64,000 nucleotides of DNA, from assembly GCA_963924565.1 (NCBI GenBank), contig OZ004615.1:17980001-18044000 (forward strand), read 5' to 3'. How positions within the stretch are numbered: position 1 is the stretch's first letter; each line of letters starts with the position of its first letter. Position numbers and translations under genes: made by a program. Shown one piece after another: positions 1-53,861 of this stretch. The stretch is from Ascidiella aspersa (taxonomy: Eukaryota). The notes under the pieces were generated by a model. The model had not been told where the DNA came from. It saw only the letters and a program-made list of their open reading frames with translations, and did not search any database.

Positions 1-629
1 AGTATATTAAAAAGCAAAAAAAATAAACCGCGATGGATACCCGTATCACAAGCTGAAGACAAATACTATCCCCAAATGTCAGCTTCGCATTTTAAAGTAA
101 CAAAATATCTCATTCCTCTCAATGAGCTAAATGTTGTAACAGGGGGTGTAGCCGCAATACACTAAGGCCAGTTATACAATACCATCAAACAATGATCCTC
201 TTAGAAATAACGATATTATGGTGAAATTGGCTACAAATAAGTAATATTGCGTGCCTCGTTCGAAGTCAATACTTTTAATAACCTTATTGAACAAAATTAA
301 CATGGACTGGAAATATTGGTTTTGGTTTTTAGTAAATTATGGATTGGTAATAGATCAAAGTAACTTAATGCTATGCCATGCATAATTTTTATCGTTTAGT
401 TTAATGTCCTATTGTCCAATTATTACATATAAGTCAGGTTGGCTAATCTGCAAACCATATCGGCCCGTGGGCTGACCAGGACACACATACCATACCATAT
501 TGGCCCGTGGCCATTCGGTTTAAAGGTTACATTTCCCTGAATTAATCACACCGATAAATATTGCTAATTGGTTTTACAACAGACAAAAATACTAAAAATT
601 GTGATTTCCTAATTGTTTTGAAAGCTTAC

Positions 630-42398
<41,769 letters not shown>

Positions 42399-43039
42399 TA
42401 TTGCACAATTTATTTTACAATTAACTATTAAGTTAATTAAATATTCTGCCCAATTACTACACCACCTCACAAGTGGTGTTTGGGGCTGAAAAAAAAAAAT
42501 TATTAATTGTTAATGCATTTCTATCCCTGTTCATCTTCCTGATTGGAAACTTGTGACATTGCACAAGAGATGTTACGCAGCTGGAAAGTTCCCTGTGTAA
42601 TATTTCTGGAAGTAAAGAAGATACTGTTTGGAAGTTTTTAGAGATTACTCACAAGGCAACCTGACTTCTTCAACAATTTTTAGCAAAAACTTAAAAAAAA
42701 TAAAAAAGTTACATTAATAATATATAAACAGTTATAAATGACCTTAAGAATCAAGCATATAGAAACTGAGTCACATTACTGAAAATATTACACGGTGAAC
42801 TTTTAAAGTGCTTGTTTTCCCATGGTTATAAACTTATTAGGGCTGATCCAGAATATTACCCCTTTAATAAAATCAACACACATTAATTATTTGGGTAAGG
42901 GGGATGTTTACTATTTGAGCTCAGGTGAATAAAATGGTATTATATTTCTTTTCCCAGTTGCCAATTTTAATTTTGACTACTGGTTTCGTTAGTGTACCAA
43001 TACAAAAATAAGTGGTCGGATTGTAGACCAGCGACAAGT

Positions 43040-43360
43040 TACCTTTCCACAAAAATCATAGGGAAAAATTTAATCAAGAATATTAGTATTATTAATTATA
43101 TTGTCTAAATTACTCCTACGACTAGAGTTTCGAGGCAAAAATTGTCTTCCAGACCAGTTCGGAAAGTATGGCAGATCTCGCGATTGCACAGCCGAAAAAA
43201 TCCGGGTGACCGGGTGCAACAAAGTCGAAAAAGTGTACCACGGATAAAGTTTACAATTTTCCGATGCACTCGGTATTGTATACATTGCACTGTGCCATTG
43301 CGGTAAATAAGAGTGTACAAGCCATGCCATTGCGGTAAATAAGAGTGTACAAGCGTTTTA
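43040..43360 (-). promoter_or_regulatory. Candidate mTOR promoter / first non-coding exon
   Basis: Locally CpG-rich stretch with TCTCGCGA and a tandem duplication of about 32 bp (TGCCATTGCGGTAAATAAGAGTGTACAAGC). Donor-like sites at 43042 and 42652. T-rich acceptor at 42486, 5' of the ATG. Confidence 0.4.
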
Positions 43361-43411
43361 CATATTTGAGGTGCAGTTTATATTTTTGAACAGTTAGTTG
43401 GTTTGAAGTGT

Positions 43412-43602
43412 GGTGCTGGTCTAGAATCCTACCACAACGAAACACCATTTGGGTTTTTTTTTTTTTTAAGGTGGGTCAAGTATTATTATTAAACAAAGAA
43501 TATAATAATACTTGACCCACCCACACCCAAACGCTAACCCGCACCCTAACTCAAATTTTGTGCGTTGATTTTAGAACTGTGGTAGGATTCTAAACCAACG
43601 CC
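43412..43602. mobile_element. Non-autonomous TIR element with an internal perfect hairpin; superfamily uncertain
   Basis: TIR GGTGCTGGTCTAGAATCCTACCACA / TGTGGTAGGATTCTAAACCAACGCC; TSD TGAAGTGT. Confidence 0.85.
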
Positions 43603-44473
43603 TGAAGTGTTTTTCAACGATGTGGTAGAAAACTAATCTAACTCTATTGTTAAATTACCAAAGTTTATTCAAACTTATTTGTAAAACTTATTTTCAAACT
43701 GCTAAATGCTGCAATAAACCACGTATTACGCTTACGCCCAGGCCCAATGGAAAATTAAATGCATTCTGCTTGAGTTGATAAACAACTTCGGTATTATAAC
43801 ATCCAACATGCGAGCAGGTCATAAAACTGTTCAACCAGAAAAGTTGTTTAAACATAAAATACAAAATAGTTTTAAACAGTTATTGTAAAAATACATGCAA
43901 GAGCTGTACGTATATCAGTTATAGTTCCTAATTTTTAAATCTGTGTATTAAAATATTTTAGTGTTTAATCAACATTTAAATCAGCTTTAAACATACTTGA
44001 CGTATACACGTACTTCAGGCATGACCAAATAAAATTCCCCTAATATATTAGGTAAATAAAACGTAGGCTAATCTTGTTTTTATTTGGGCCTAAATTTCAT
44101 AAAATTCAGTATTAAGTGGCCGAAAATGGCATAAATGTTGTAATCCTTAATAATGTCAAGAAACAAATGTCATGGCTGCCTTCATTGTGTTCCACAACGA
44201 AAACTAACAACATAAATGATTGATTTTAAACTGCCTTGCTTAAAAAAATATTTCATGCCTGAGTTCAGTAATACCGGTACCTCAGCAAACCTTAGCCACA
44301 TGGGGTAGGCCTAACTACAAATATGCATCTATATACTGAAATAAAACACAATAGGGCGTAATTCAAGCATATATATTTATCGTATGCGTATTTACACGAG
44401 CCGTTAAAGGCAATTACAAAAGTTAGTCAAGCACGAGTAACGTCCTCCATTTAACAAAGTCGGAAACGGAAGT

Positions 44474-47400
44474 TCAAGGCTTCCACTCTGGGCGGGTGAG
44501 GGCGTTCTTCTTCTGCTTGAGCAGCTTGCGCATTTCAGCCTCGGAAATAGTGTGGTGCGGCCAGTCGAGCTCCGGTTTCAACGTGGCTGCAAGAAATCGA
44601 GGGGTCTGGGTCGCAGCCGCCGTTGAGGGCCTCTCATTGGCCCCGCTCGCCGTTTCATGCTTCTTGGCAGCCACCTGCATGGCGTAGGCCGACGCCGGGC
44701 GTGCCTTTTCCTTTTTCAGGGACGAACTCTTTCCCCCGTTTCTAGCCAAGGCCGTGGCAGAGGCAGAGGCGCGCAGTGAGATCTGGGAAGGCGTGTGAGA
44801 TGACAGTGGCGAAGAGACGGAGGGTGATGGGGCTGAGATGAGGCGAGATTCCTGCTGTTGCTGCCGAGAGGCGGCCTTGGAGTTGTCGGGAACTCTAGTC
44901 GTTATCGGACGAGAGGAATGGACGCTGCACCTACCGTTGTTGTCTCCTGGAGTTAAATCGTCAATTAATTTTTCAATATAGGTCAAAACAATTTTCAACT
45001 GTGTAACGTCACGACTTTTGGAGATATTGCTCTATGAAAATCTCGGCGCGCTCAGTTCGCTTAGGTGGTCAAAACGGCAGGGCCGTATTAAGGGCGTCCA
45101 AAATAGAGGTTTTAAGCCTAACTGGTGTAACAGTTCAGACATTGAGAATATAATCTACCCAAATGACTGCCTTATAAGTGTAATTTAAATATGCGCCAAT
45201 GGGCAAATGACTTGAATTGAACTCGGGTCATTGAGTAAAAAAAAGACTTGTGCTAAAATTAAATGTTTTCATTAAGCATTTATTCATAAAACTGGGTTGG
45301 TTATCTCGATTTGTAATGCACGTTGCTTGTCATAGGTTGCATTTCTGATATTTTTTAGTTGAGTTATTGATTCTAATGGGACGAGTTAAGTCATTTTATT
45401 AGTTAAAATTCTATTTTATGTCAATGACTTAACTTGGGGTTGACTTGCTATGCTATCATGCTGACTTGGCCCAGAACTTGACTTGTTAGTTTACAAATGA
45501 CTTGACTGGGACTTAAGTTATTTCAAAATGTCCCTTTTACAACACTGTTATATTTAATCAATACCCCGAAAAACTTACCTAAAGAGCTACGATATGCCCG
45601 GATGACCTCGATGCGCTCGACTGCTTCACGCGCGCACTCCATCGCCACCGGGAGGACGCTTACAATGCCGCCGAAGTGGTTCCTGGCCTCGTCGCAGCTA
45701 AGGTGGTTCACGTGACAGTAAGGAAAACGCGCGCGAACAGCTGAAATGTCCTGGAGATGGCAATAATTTTAATGCATTTAAAAGGCTTTTGAAATATATT
45801 GTAAATTGAACAGCGTTGAACGCACGAGGGTTGTTTGTTTTCTCGTTGATACAACAAAGGGAGATCGGATTAAGCCGGAACAGGTCCGCTCCTAGTATGA
45901 GCAATAGTGTTTGGGCGATACTATAAGTTGGTATCGATACCGATCTGCTACACATTTCATGTGTGCATTTCAGTCTTAGTTTACGATCTAAATCACTGTT
46001 TTTTACTGACAAGGGTATATTTTTGCTTCAATTTTAACAATTCTACTTGGAAAAATGACAAGCTTTTGTATCGGATAGAACAAACCTACTTTTTGCCGTA
46101 AATGCCATTCGATGAGTTGGTTCGCCGACTGCACCAGAATTACATGATTAGTTTATTAAGATTTAGATGGTTTGAGAAAGATTTTGGCAATATAGAGACA
46201 TGTCACATATCAATTAAATCCGCACTTATTTATCCAAATGTCTTGTGTTTTGTTCGCCTACAAAATGTTAGTGAAGAGAATCGGGTCACCAAATCGAAAA
46301 AGGCTGAGAAACACTGATCTACACCGATAGCCATCGCAGACTCACCGAATCTGTAGAGTGTAGATCAATGATGCAAGCAGGGCATGCTATAGAAAAAAAC
46401 TAGCTCGCATTCAGGTTCGAACTCACGACCTCCGGTCTTACCCTGACCGTCGCTCTACCAACTGAGCTACACAGGCTCATAGAGGAGCAAGTCGAGAAAC
46501 AACCATACGCCAATTCGTACCGCATTCTGTTATTACAAGCAATTACATTGAAGTGGATCTACAGTATCATAATGAAACATGCACATTGCACAAGCAAGCA
46601 TATATTTGTGTGTATGTTTCATTGAAACACTGATCTATACTTAATCGGTTAAACAGCGCCGTGAAATGCAGTCTTACGGAAACCGTAAATCCTACTTTTT
46701 TACATTATTCACGCCCATCCTCACCTGCCTGTCGTCCAGGGCCTGCTTCCAGACTGCGAAGACCTTGTTAAGGCGCTCGTCGCCTTTGGGCTTGGCCAGT
46801 TTGACCAGGGTGCGCCGAAACTCGTTCAGGTCGCGCGCCAGCTTAAAGAAGATACTGAAGATGCGCTTGTCGGTTCGGTTGTCCGACACGCACTCGGCGT
46901 AGTTGTACACCTGCATTTGTATTTGGCAGGCTTTGGTAAAGCGACCTTAAGTACCCCAACCCTATACACAAGGGCAGGGATGGCGGACCTTTTTATCGCG
47001 AGGGTTACAAACGCGACCTTAATCCTTACAAAATGCTTAAGTTGGTCAAATATTTAGTTATTTGCTAATTTTATGCGAAACTTTGCTGCTGCGCCGTTTT
47101 AAGTGTTGTTGTTTGGGTTTCTAATTCAAGGTTTTTGCACGATTTTCAAATTCGGATTTCCACGAATATTAAGAATCTAAATATAGTTAATAAATTCTGC
47201 ACTATTTTTTATGGGATTACAGGAGTTTAGCAAAAAGCTTTTTAGCATGGTCACAGGGTATTCACAAGTTGTAGTCTGCGAGCTCTTAATTTCCCGCCAC
47301 CCTTTACGTTTAACAACGATAAAAAAAAATTAGTTGCTTTTCTGCACGCATTTGTTGAAGTGCAGTTAATGATAGGCCTATACTCGTCACCCGTAAAACA

Positions 47401-48176
47401 CTTTTGCACTTCCCGCAGATTGGGAAGCCCTGATTAAAACAGTATATTGCTATATAACAAAGAATTGCTTTTTTTTAATTTATAATTTTTTGAAAATGAT
47501 TCAAAACATTTGGGTATTTCTAGAAATACAACTGCGGGTCATTAAAAATCTGTCGCGGGTCAGTGGTTCGCCAACCCTGCGCTAGAGCCTACTCGACGAG
47601 CTGTTTCAATGGTTGTTCCCGATTGTAGGGGTTTTCCATAAACACTCTTCAGCTATTTTAGGTTGATTTTGAATGGCCTCTTGCCTATACCCATGTGTTT
47701 TTGACTTGGTAAAACTCAATTTGGGGTTTTAAAATGTGCAAAAGCGCGCTATGAAAAACTTACTACTCAAATTATGCTTGTAATCTGGATGACGCAAAGC
47801 CGCTATAGGCAGTTTGGTAAGGTTGCAATTATAGCAAAATTAGTGAATTGGGTATACTTAAATTTGAACACATTTAATAACTGTAAAATTTTTCGTTCAG
47901 TTACGACACCGGCAACCCTATCAATATGTTTTAAATATTGGTAGCCCTTATATTTTTATTTTCAAAGCAAACTAAATTTAACATTAGAAAAACATATCAA
48001 GTTAACAACATATAAGACTAGACAAAACTTGCCTGTGCGAGGGTGCTGATCTTTCTCGTTGGCTCGAACGCGGTTTTTCGGCATCGGTCCAGCGCTGTCA
48101 CGAAGCTGACTTGTTGCTGGGAAAAGGTTTGGAATCGTCCCTCCAAATTCACCAGGATGCCACGCGTCTCGTTCAT
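44474..48176 (-). CDS. SPACA9: Sperm acrosome-associated protein 9 (C9orf9) homolog, a ciliary/flagellar microtubule inner protein; 4 coding exons, about 324 aa
   Basis: Exons: 48033-48176 (MNETRGILVNLEGRFQTFSQQQVSFVTALDRCRKTAFEPTRKISTLAQ, GC donor), 46725-46910 (VYNYAECVSDNRTDKRIF...), 45579-45750 (DISAVRARFPYCHVNHLSCDEARNHFGGIVSVLP), 44474-44946 (ends RPEWKP*). These match recalled human SPACA9 motifs FQQQQLTF, STDRR, VNHLSCDEARNHYGGVVSL and C-terminal PPWRP. Confidence 0.92.
46322..46623 (-). repeat. tRNA-like repeat copy (head 46402-46476) between 14-bp direct repeats
   Basis: Head GCCTGTGTAGCTCAGTTGGTAGAGCGACGGTCAGGGTAAGACCGGAGGTCGTGAGTTCGAACC. GAAACACTGATCTA at 46308-46321 and 46624-46637. 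Confidence 0.8.
46975..47579. mobile_element. Degenerate hAT MITE
   Basis: CAGGGATGGCGGACC ... GGTTCGCCAACCCTG; TSD not conserved. Confidence 0.65.
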
Positions 48177-50205
48177 AATTTGCTTCAAGAAATATTAACC
48201 GTTAAACGGAACCTTTCTCGCCTGAACAAAAAGCAGACTGCAATACGGAGAATGCAAATGAAACTTGGTTCTAGGTAGGATAAAGGTATTACTTACTTAA
48301 ATACCCTTTTTTCACCCAATGGTATGATTTTGTTTTTCTATAAATAGTCAAGCCAAATTGAACAACATTTTCTAACCTTTGAACGTGCATTGCTCGTTTT
48401 AAATAGACCATACATAACACTAAAATAAATATAATCCCTCGAAATCAAAGTATGACTGACTCGACTGCATTTACATTGCCCCTACTTGGTGTAATGCTTT
48501 TTGTAGAAGTAAGCGATAAACATGCAAGTTAAAAAAAACTGTATTCAAGAAACTTCAGCATACAATGCTTGTTCTAAATAGGGACCACATAACACGACCA
48601 CAAACAATTAAAAACAAATGCCAGAAGTCCAACACCTCCGATCCTATACTAACATAATCATAATTTTATTCTTTGGGTTATCTGGTTTGTTTCATACAGC
48701 TGAATAGCAAAAGTTGCCTTATTGACACTAAAGTAAACAGAAAAGTACTTCGCTTTAGCTGGGCTCCCAGCGACGTAATCCCCACTTTAAAACCGGCAAA
48801 CAATAGACTGTAAGCTATTTGTTGGCACTCTTCAAATCGTGAGAAAGCCTAATGACTGCTGAAACGTTGTGCTCAATATTTTGCCGAACCATTGCCAATA
48901 AGATATTCTCCGCGTGTGTTTTCTAAAACTGTTTAGGTATATTTCTATCCTTGGTTAACAGTTTGAGCATTATTTTTAAATAAAGGAAAATTTAAACGGG
49001 TTTTATCTATATAGTTTGCAGAGAAAGACGTAATCAACAACCAATGTTCAACCAGATTATTATTACATACAAAGTATAGCGCTCTCAAACTGAAGAATGC
49101 TTGTCGCTATGTGTCACTTTGAAACAAATAGGTAACAATTTTTGCACAGCATAAATACAAAAATACGAAAGATTTCTTTTCAAAAAGAATAACTCTTTCT
49201 CCCTGCAAGGTGAAAAAGAACACACCGTTTACACAAAGCCTGTGTGATAGGCTACATGTGCCCTCCCGTTCCAAACCACGGTTCTGTATGATTGATGGCG
49301 TTGCCCATCTTTCGAACAAAGATTTAATGTTGACGTCACAATACTGTGCGTTGTGTAACGCTTTGATATCGATGTTTTCCCCGTCCATTGTGAAAAACGC
49401 GAAACGCCTCCCTACTCCCCTATCTGGTTACTCGATCACAAAATGCCTACTACTCACACGAAATATATCAAAACAACTAACCTTCTGTATCGAGTTAACA
49501 AGTAGGTCGCACAAATAACTAACGCATTGTACAGCCCTAGCAAGGCGTCTTAACATTTTGTTTCATTTCACACTACAGGTATTTTGGGAAAGTAAATTTC
49601 CTCCGAACAAGCTTGATTTTAGTTGGAGTCTTGTTTAATTTTTGAACAAACAAAACTAAAACTGATAAAATATAAAACTTAAGATTATTTTGTTACGTTT
49701 AAAAATATATGCAGACTAAACCAGTTTTAATTCCGGACAACGATAAACGACTTTTCCGTAGTATTTGCTAGTACAATCAATTACTACACATGGGACAAAT
49801 TTAGCGCACAAATCGGAATTTTTCAGGCCGAGAAAAATTAAAAAGTTACTTAACGATTTGACGCAAGCTTACATGCGCATAACAATTTTTAATTCTATCT
49901 ATGTTATTACAGTGTTATTATGTTATGCCAATCATTTACGCAATTTCGCGTACCCACCTAAAGTCACAATACGCTATCTTAGGTTACAAGTGTTTCTGAT
50001 TATTATTTTTAGGTCTACAACTCAATATCACCGGAACATTTTACAGTATAGACCTAAAATAGTTGTGTCTACCTTGCCACAACTCTTTTACATAGATTTC
50101 AAAGCAACTTAATTAGACAAACGTTTGTTTTGTTGTACAAAAGTATCACACTTTAAAGTTATACTACTTTAATTAATTAAAATTTTATAAGGTGATGCTT
50201 CTTAC

Positions 50206-50390
50206 CTCATAGATCAGTCGTTTGTTCGGTAGATACCCTTCTGCCACAAAAGCGGCAGTTCGGGCCGAAAACATTGCGAGGGCCTCAGTTTAACATCGCA
50301 TTATTATTCCAGAAGGTAATTTCGCTTCTTGATTTTGCCTTCTCCTCGATGATATAAGATTTCCAACTTAAAACCTTTAAGAATGTGTTA
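50206..50390 (-). other. Probable upstream 5'UTR exon of SPACA9
   Basis: Strong donor GAG|GTAAG at 50205, and an acceptor TTTGTTCAG at 48222 upstream of the SPACA9 ATG. The 5' boundary is uncertain. Confidence 0.45.
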
Positions 50391-51439
50391 CGTCACAAAA
50401 CTCATTGTAGCCCAAACTTGACAATCTTGTCTTCATTTTCACTATCAGTATTGCAATCTTGTCTTCATTTTTACTATCAGTATTACCTACCTAAAAAAAA
50501 GTCAAAAAAATACCAAATATTCATAATGTAAATCTATCTCAAGAAATTGCTTTTGCCCTTAAATTCGCTAAAAATCTAAAATGATTGATGATTGATGAAT
50601 TCTTTTACCGTAAAATCTAATTTGCATTGTAGTTTTTGTCGGCTAAAATAATAGTAGGCCTACAGTTTTGTAATAAGCGATTTGATGCAGGGATGATTGA
50701 AGGAGGGTTGCCATTCAAAAAATTATAGAAAACCTAGATTATTGTTAAAAACTAGACCCTGCCGAATAAACCTATGATGGGCCTACATATTTATTATTTT
50801 ATTTTTAAAGTATTTCTCGCTTGACACCCTTTTTATGTAAACTATAGTAACATATGCCAGTTAAGCTTGCACCTGTTTAAGTTCGGCAACACGCAATAAG
50901 ACCTAAAAAACGACCTAATAAAGACAAATGTGCCGTATTATCTGCAACAGAATAAGAACTTAATCGTCTAAATAAGACATAAACCTGTCGAAATAAGTTC
51001 TAAATTTATCAGAATAAGGCCCAATAGGCCAAAATAACGCCTTAAACAGTAGGGAGAGGGTATGCGACGATCGGGGGACATATGGGTCTGGTATCGGTCG
51101 TTATGGTGTCGACGTTTGGACGCCCTAGTTTGAATGGTGCCGTTAGGGCGCCATTACGACTATTAGGTATTAGTGCTGTTTTGGTCTTATTCCGAAGTGT
51201 GTTTTATTCCGACGTTGATGTTGTTCTTATTTTGGTCTTATGGCTGGAGTCCTTAAGCTCACATCCCGCAGTCATTGGAAAACTCGTACAAATATGAAAA
51301 ATAACTCAACTAAAAAATTAGAAAAACGCGAAAAATAGTAAGATAATTTTTACGTGTACAATTAGAGATAAATAGCCCGATTTTTTAGAAAATTTCCAAA
51401 TGACAACACATTATTTTAACCAAAGTAATTAGTCCAAAA

Positions 51440-51550
51440 GATTTAAGTCAAGTCAAGTCAATTCTCCGAAAGACTTGAGTCAAGTCAAGTCATTTGAAAA
51501 CAGTGACTTAAGTCAAGTCATTGTCCTTAACTAAAGTCATTTCAACCCTG
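51440..51550. mobile_element. End of a hAT-like element rich in AAGTC repeats (other remnants at about 17030-17260, 45200-45522 and 55930-56000)
   Basis: AAGTCAAGTCA arrays ending in GTCATTTCAACCCTG; GACTTGACTGGGACT is shared among the loci. Confidence 0.6.
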
Positions 51551-52009
51551 TTTACAATTAATAAAAGACGTCAATGACAGTTTTTGGTGTCTTTAAATAG
51601 AGATTTAAACAAGCAACATTGCAATGCTAAAATTCACTTATTTGTTAGATCTAATTGGCTTGAATGCTTAGTTTTTCTTTGTTGTAAATGTAAAAGCTTA
51701 TATTCACATATTATCTATTACCGTTTATATAATGTCACGCAAAAAAGTAATTTGTCTGACATTATATAAAGTAAACAATAATACATATTTCGTAGCCTAA
51801 ATATCAGCATTTACAACTAAGAAGATTAGGTTAATGCGTTCCCTTTATCTGTCTTTAATCATTTCGTTGGCCCAGTGGTGCACAACCTGCAACCGTTGAC
51901 AGTAACTTATGCCGACAACCGGACGTGCTCATGTTTTGAGAAAACACAAGTGCTGACGTTGATATTTTGTCCACTTCATGCGGAAATTTCATTTCTAATG
52001 GTCTAAAAG

Positions 52010-52180
52010 CAGGGAGTCGAACCGTTTGACTTTTCCGGTTCAGGTTCGGTTCGGGTTCAAGGATATTTTCGAAATATGGTTCAGTTCCGGTTTCGGTTCG
52101 GAGCGATTTAAAAGTCCCGGTTCAGCTCCAGTTCGACCATCGTTATTTCAAAACCGGTTCATAAAGTTCCGGTTCGGATA
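52010..52180. mobile_element. Left end of a hAT-like MITE with CCGGTTC repeats
   Basis: CAGGGAGTCGAACCG followed by multiple CGGTTC motifs. Confidence 0.55.
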
Positions 52181-53861
52181 CAATATAAGTTGCGTTAAAT
52201 TTTAAAACGTGGGTGGATAAATGTAAAGAATGATCTTTGAATTGTAAGTCATTGAATCAAAGTTACATGACGTATTTAAAAAACAGCAACTCATTATTGA
52301 AATATTTAAAAAATATAAAATCAACGTTTTTTTATTCAATGTTCATATTTTTTTCATAAATTTTTTTTTTATCAATTATACCACTTTTACGGAGGAGTGA
52401 GACATTTCATTTATTTATATTTGGCAAGTTCTTTTACCCTAATTGTAATACAATGCATTATATTACATAATAACAGTGGCTTGTGAAAGTAGTAAGCTGC
52501 AGTAAGCAATTTTACACGTTCATAAAGCGATATTTCAGAGCTACAGGCTTAGATAAAGATAACCATGGGTCACGAGTCACATGCTGCTTTTATGTAGGCC
52601 CATAGTGGTCACTGCACAGTACAACTTGCCTAAGTCGTTGTCTATTTGTTATGTGTGGCTCTTGACAGTTAACAAAGTACGTTAAAGAGGCGAAAACGCA
52701 CTTAGTGACTTGCCGCGATATACAAGCTTAAACAGTACGTTATATAATGATATTTGTTGGCTAACGAGTTTTGTGAACTACAAAACTGTAGCTGTAGCGT
52801 GATTTACATAGTATAATTAGTGATACGATAACATTTTATGAACGCCCCTAATGTGGCTTTGGTTCCCTCTAAATCAAGAAACGACTCACAACGCCCCCTG
52901 GGGGTGGGGTGGTACCGCTTACGTTAGGAAATACTGACATATAGAGGCTATGGAAAAACAGCAATTAGTGCCCACAATGTTATGGCAAGACACAAAATTT
53001 GTGCTAGAAGCATTACAGCAAATCATTCAATTAGTAATTTTATTAGAAGAAAAACTTTGTTAAAAAGCAAAATGTCACTGGCCTAATTTTTATTACAAGC
53101 AAAATGCCCCGAGCCTAAGGCGCCGGGTCTCTTAAATAAATGTTTATTCAAATTTTAATCAAATAAACGCATTTTTTCGCGCTTTTTAGGCTACGGTTTT
53201 TGCATACAAATATAGGTGTTTTTAAGTTTTCATTTTACTTTATGACGTGATTCCTAAAAGCTTGTTTTCCACCCCCGGAATCCTGGATCTTGCCATGGTG
53301 ATCAGTAGCGTGCATATTTTTTTAGTTTGGCGTGGTTATTTTTTGGTATCAGCAGATGGCAACCCGACTATATGGCTCTCATGGAAATACAACTAAGAAT
53401 ATTTGGCTTCTATGGCTCCCTTAGCTAAAAAGGTTTCCGAACCCTACCCTATTTTAACACAGTAAACACCACGCCAATTTTATCCCTAAAATGTGCACAA
53501 ACACTGCGGATCAAACTGCAATTGTGTGCAACCATTTAGTTAGCCATATTGTTAGTGATGTAATAATGATGTTAATAATGGGATAGTGGTGTAATGAATG
53601 CACTTTCTCATTAAAGTGATATAACGTGCACGTTAAATTATTTGGCGTGACCTGTAAAATCATTTCGCGTGCCACTTCTTTACCATGTCCTATACATTGT
53701 TTGTCATGACGTTGTGCTATCTGTACGTCAGGTGGGAATTGCAACATACGGTCGTGGCTTAAACGAGAATAGAGTCAACATCTCATACGTGACTTGAGGA
53801 AACGTGTTCACGGCATAGTTACGATAAAATAACCGATAAGAGTAGAAATTTACTTCTATTA

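Noticed and set aside
42486-44474. SPACA9-mTOR operon
   Set aside because: More than 1 kb separates the likely 3' end from the mTOR acceptor, and the gap holds a promoter-like CpG stretch and donor-like sites. Unsupported without transcript data.
45698-46696. Alternative SPACA9 junction 46696->45697
   Set aside because: It is phase-compatible but removes the conserved DISAVRARFPYCHVNHLS segment; 46725->45750 fits homology.
49107-49518. ORFs and a TGACGTCA (CRE) site upstream of SPACA9
   Set aside because: No recognisable domain or splice support. TGACGTCA also occurs repeatedly in unrelated introns and repeats here.
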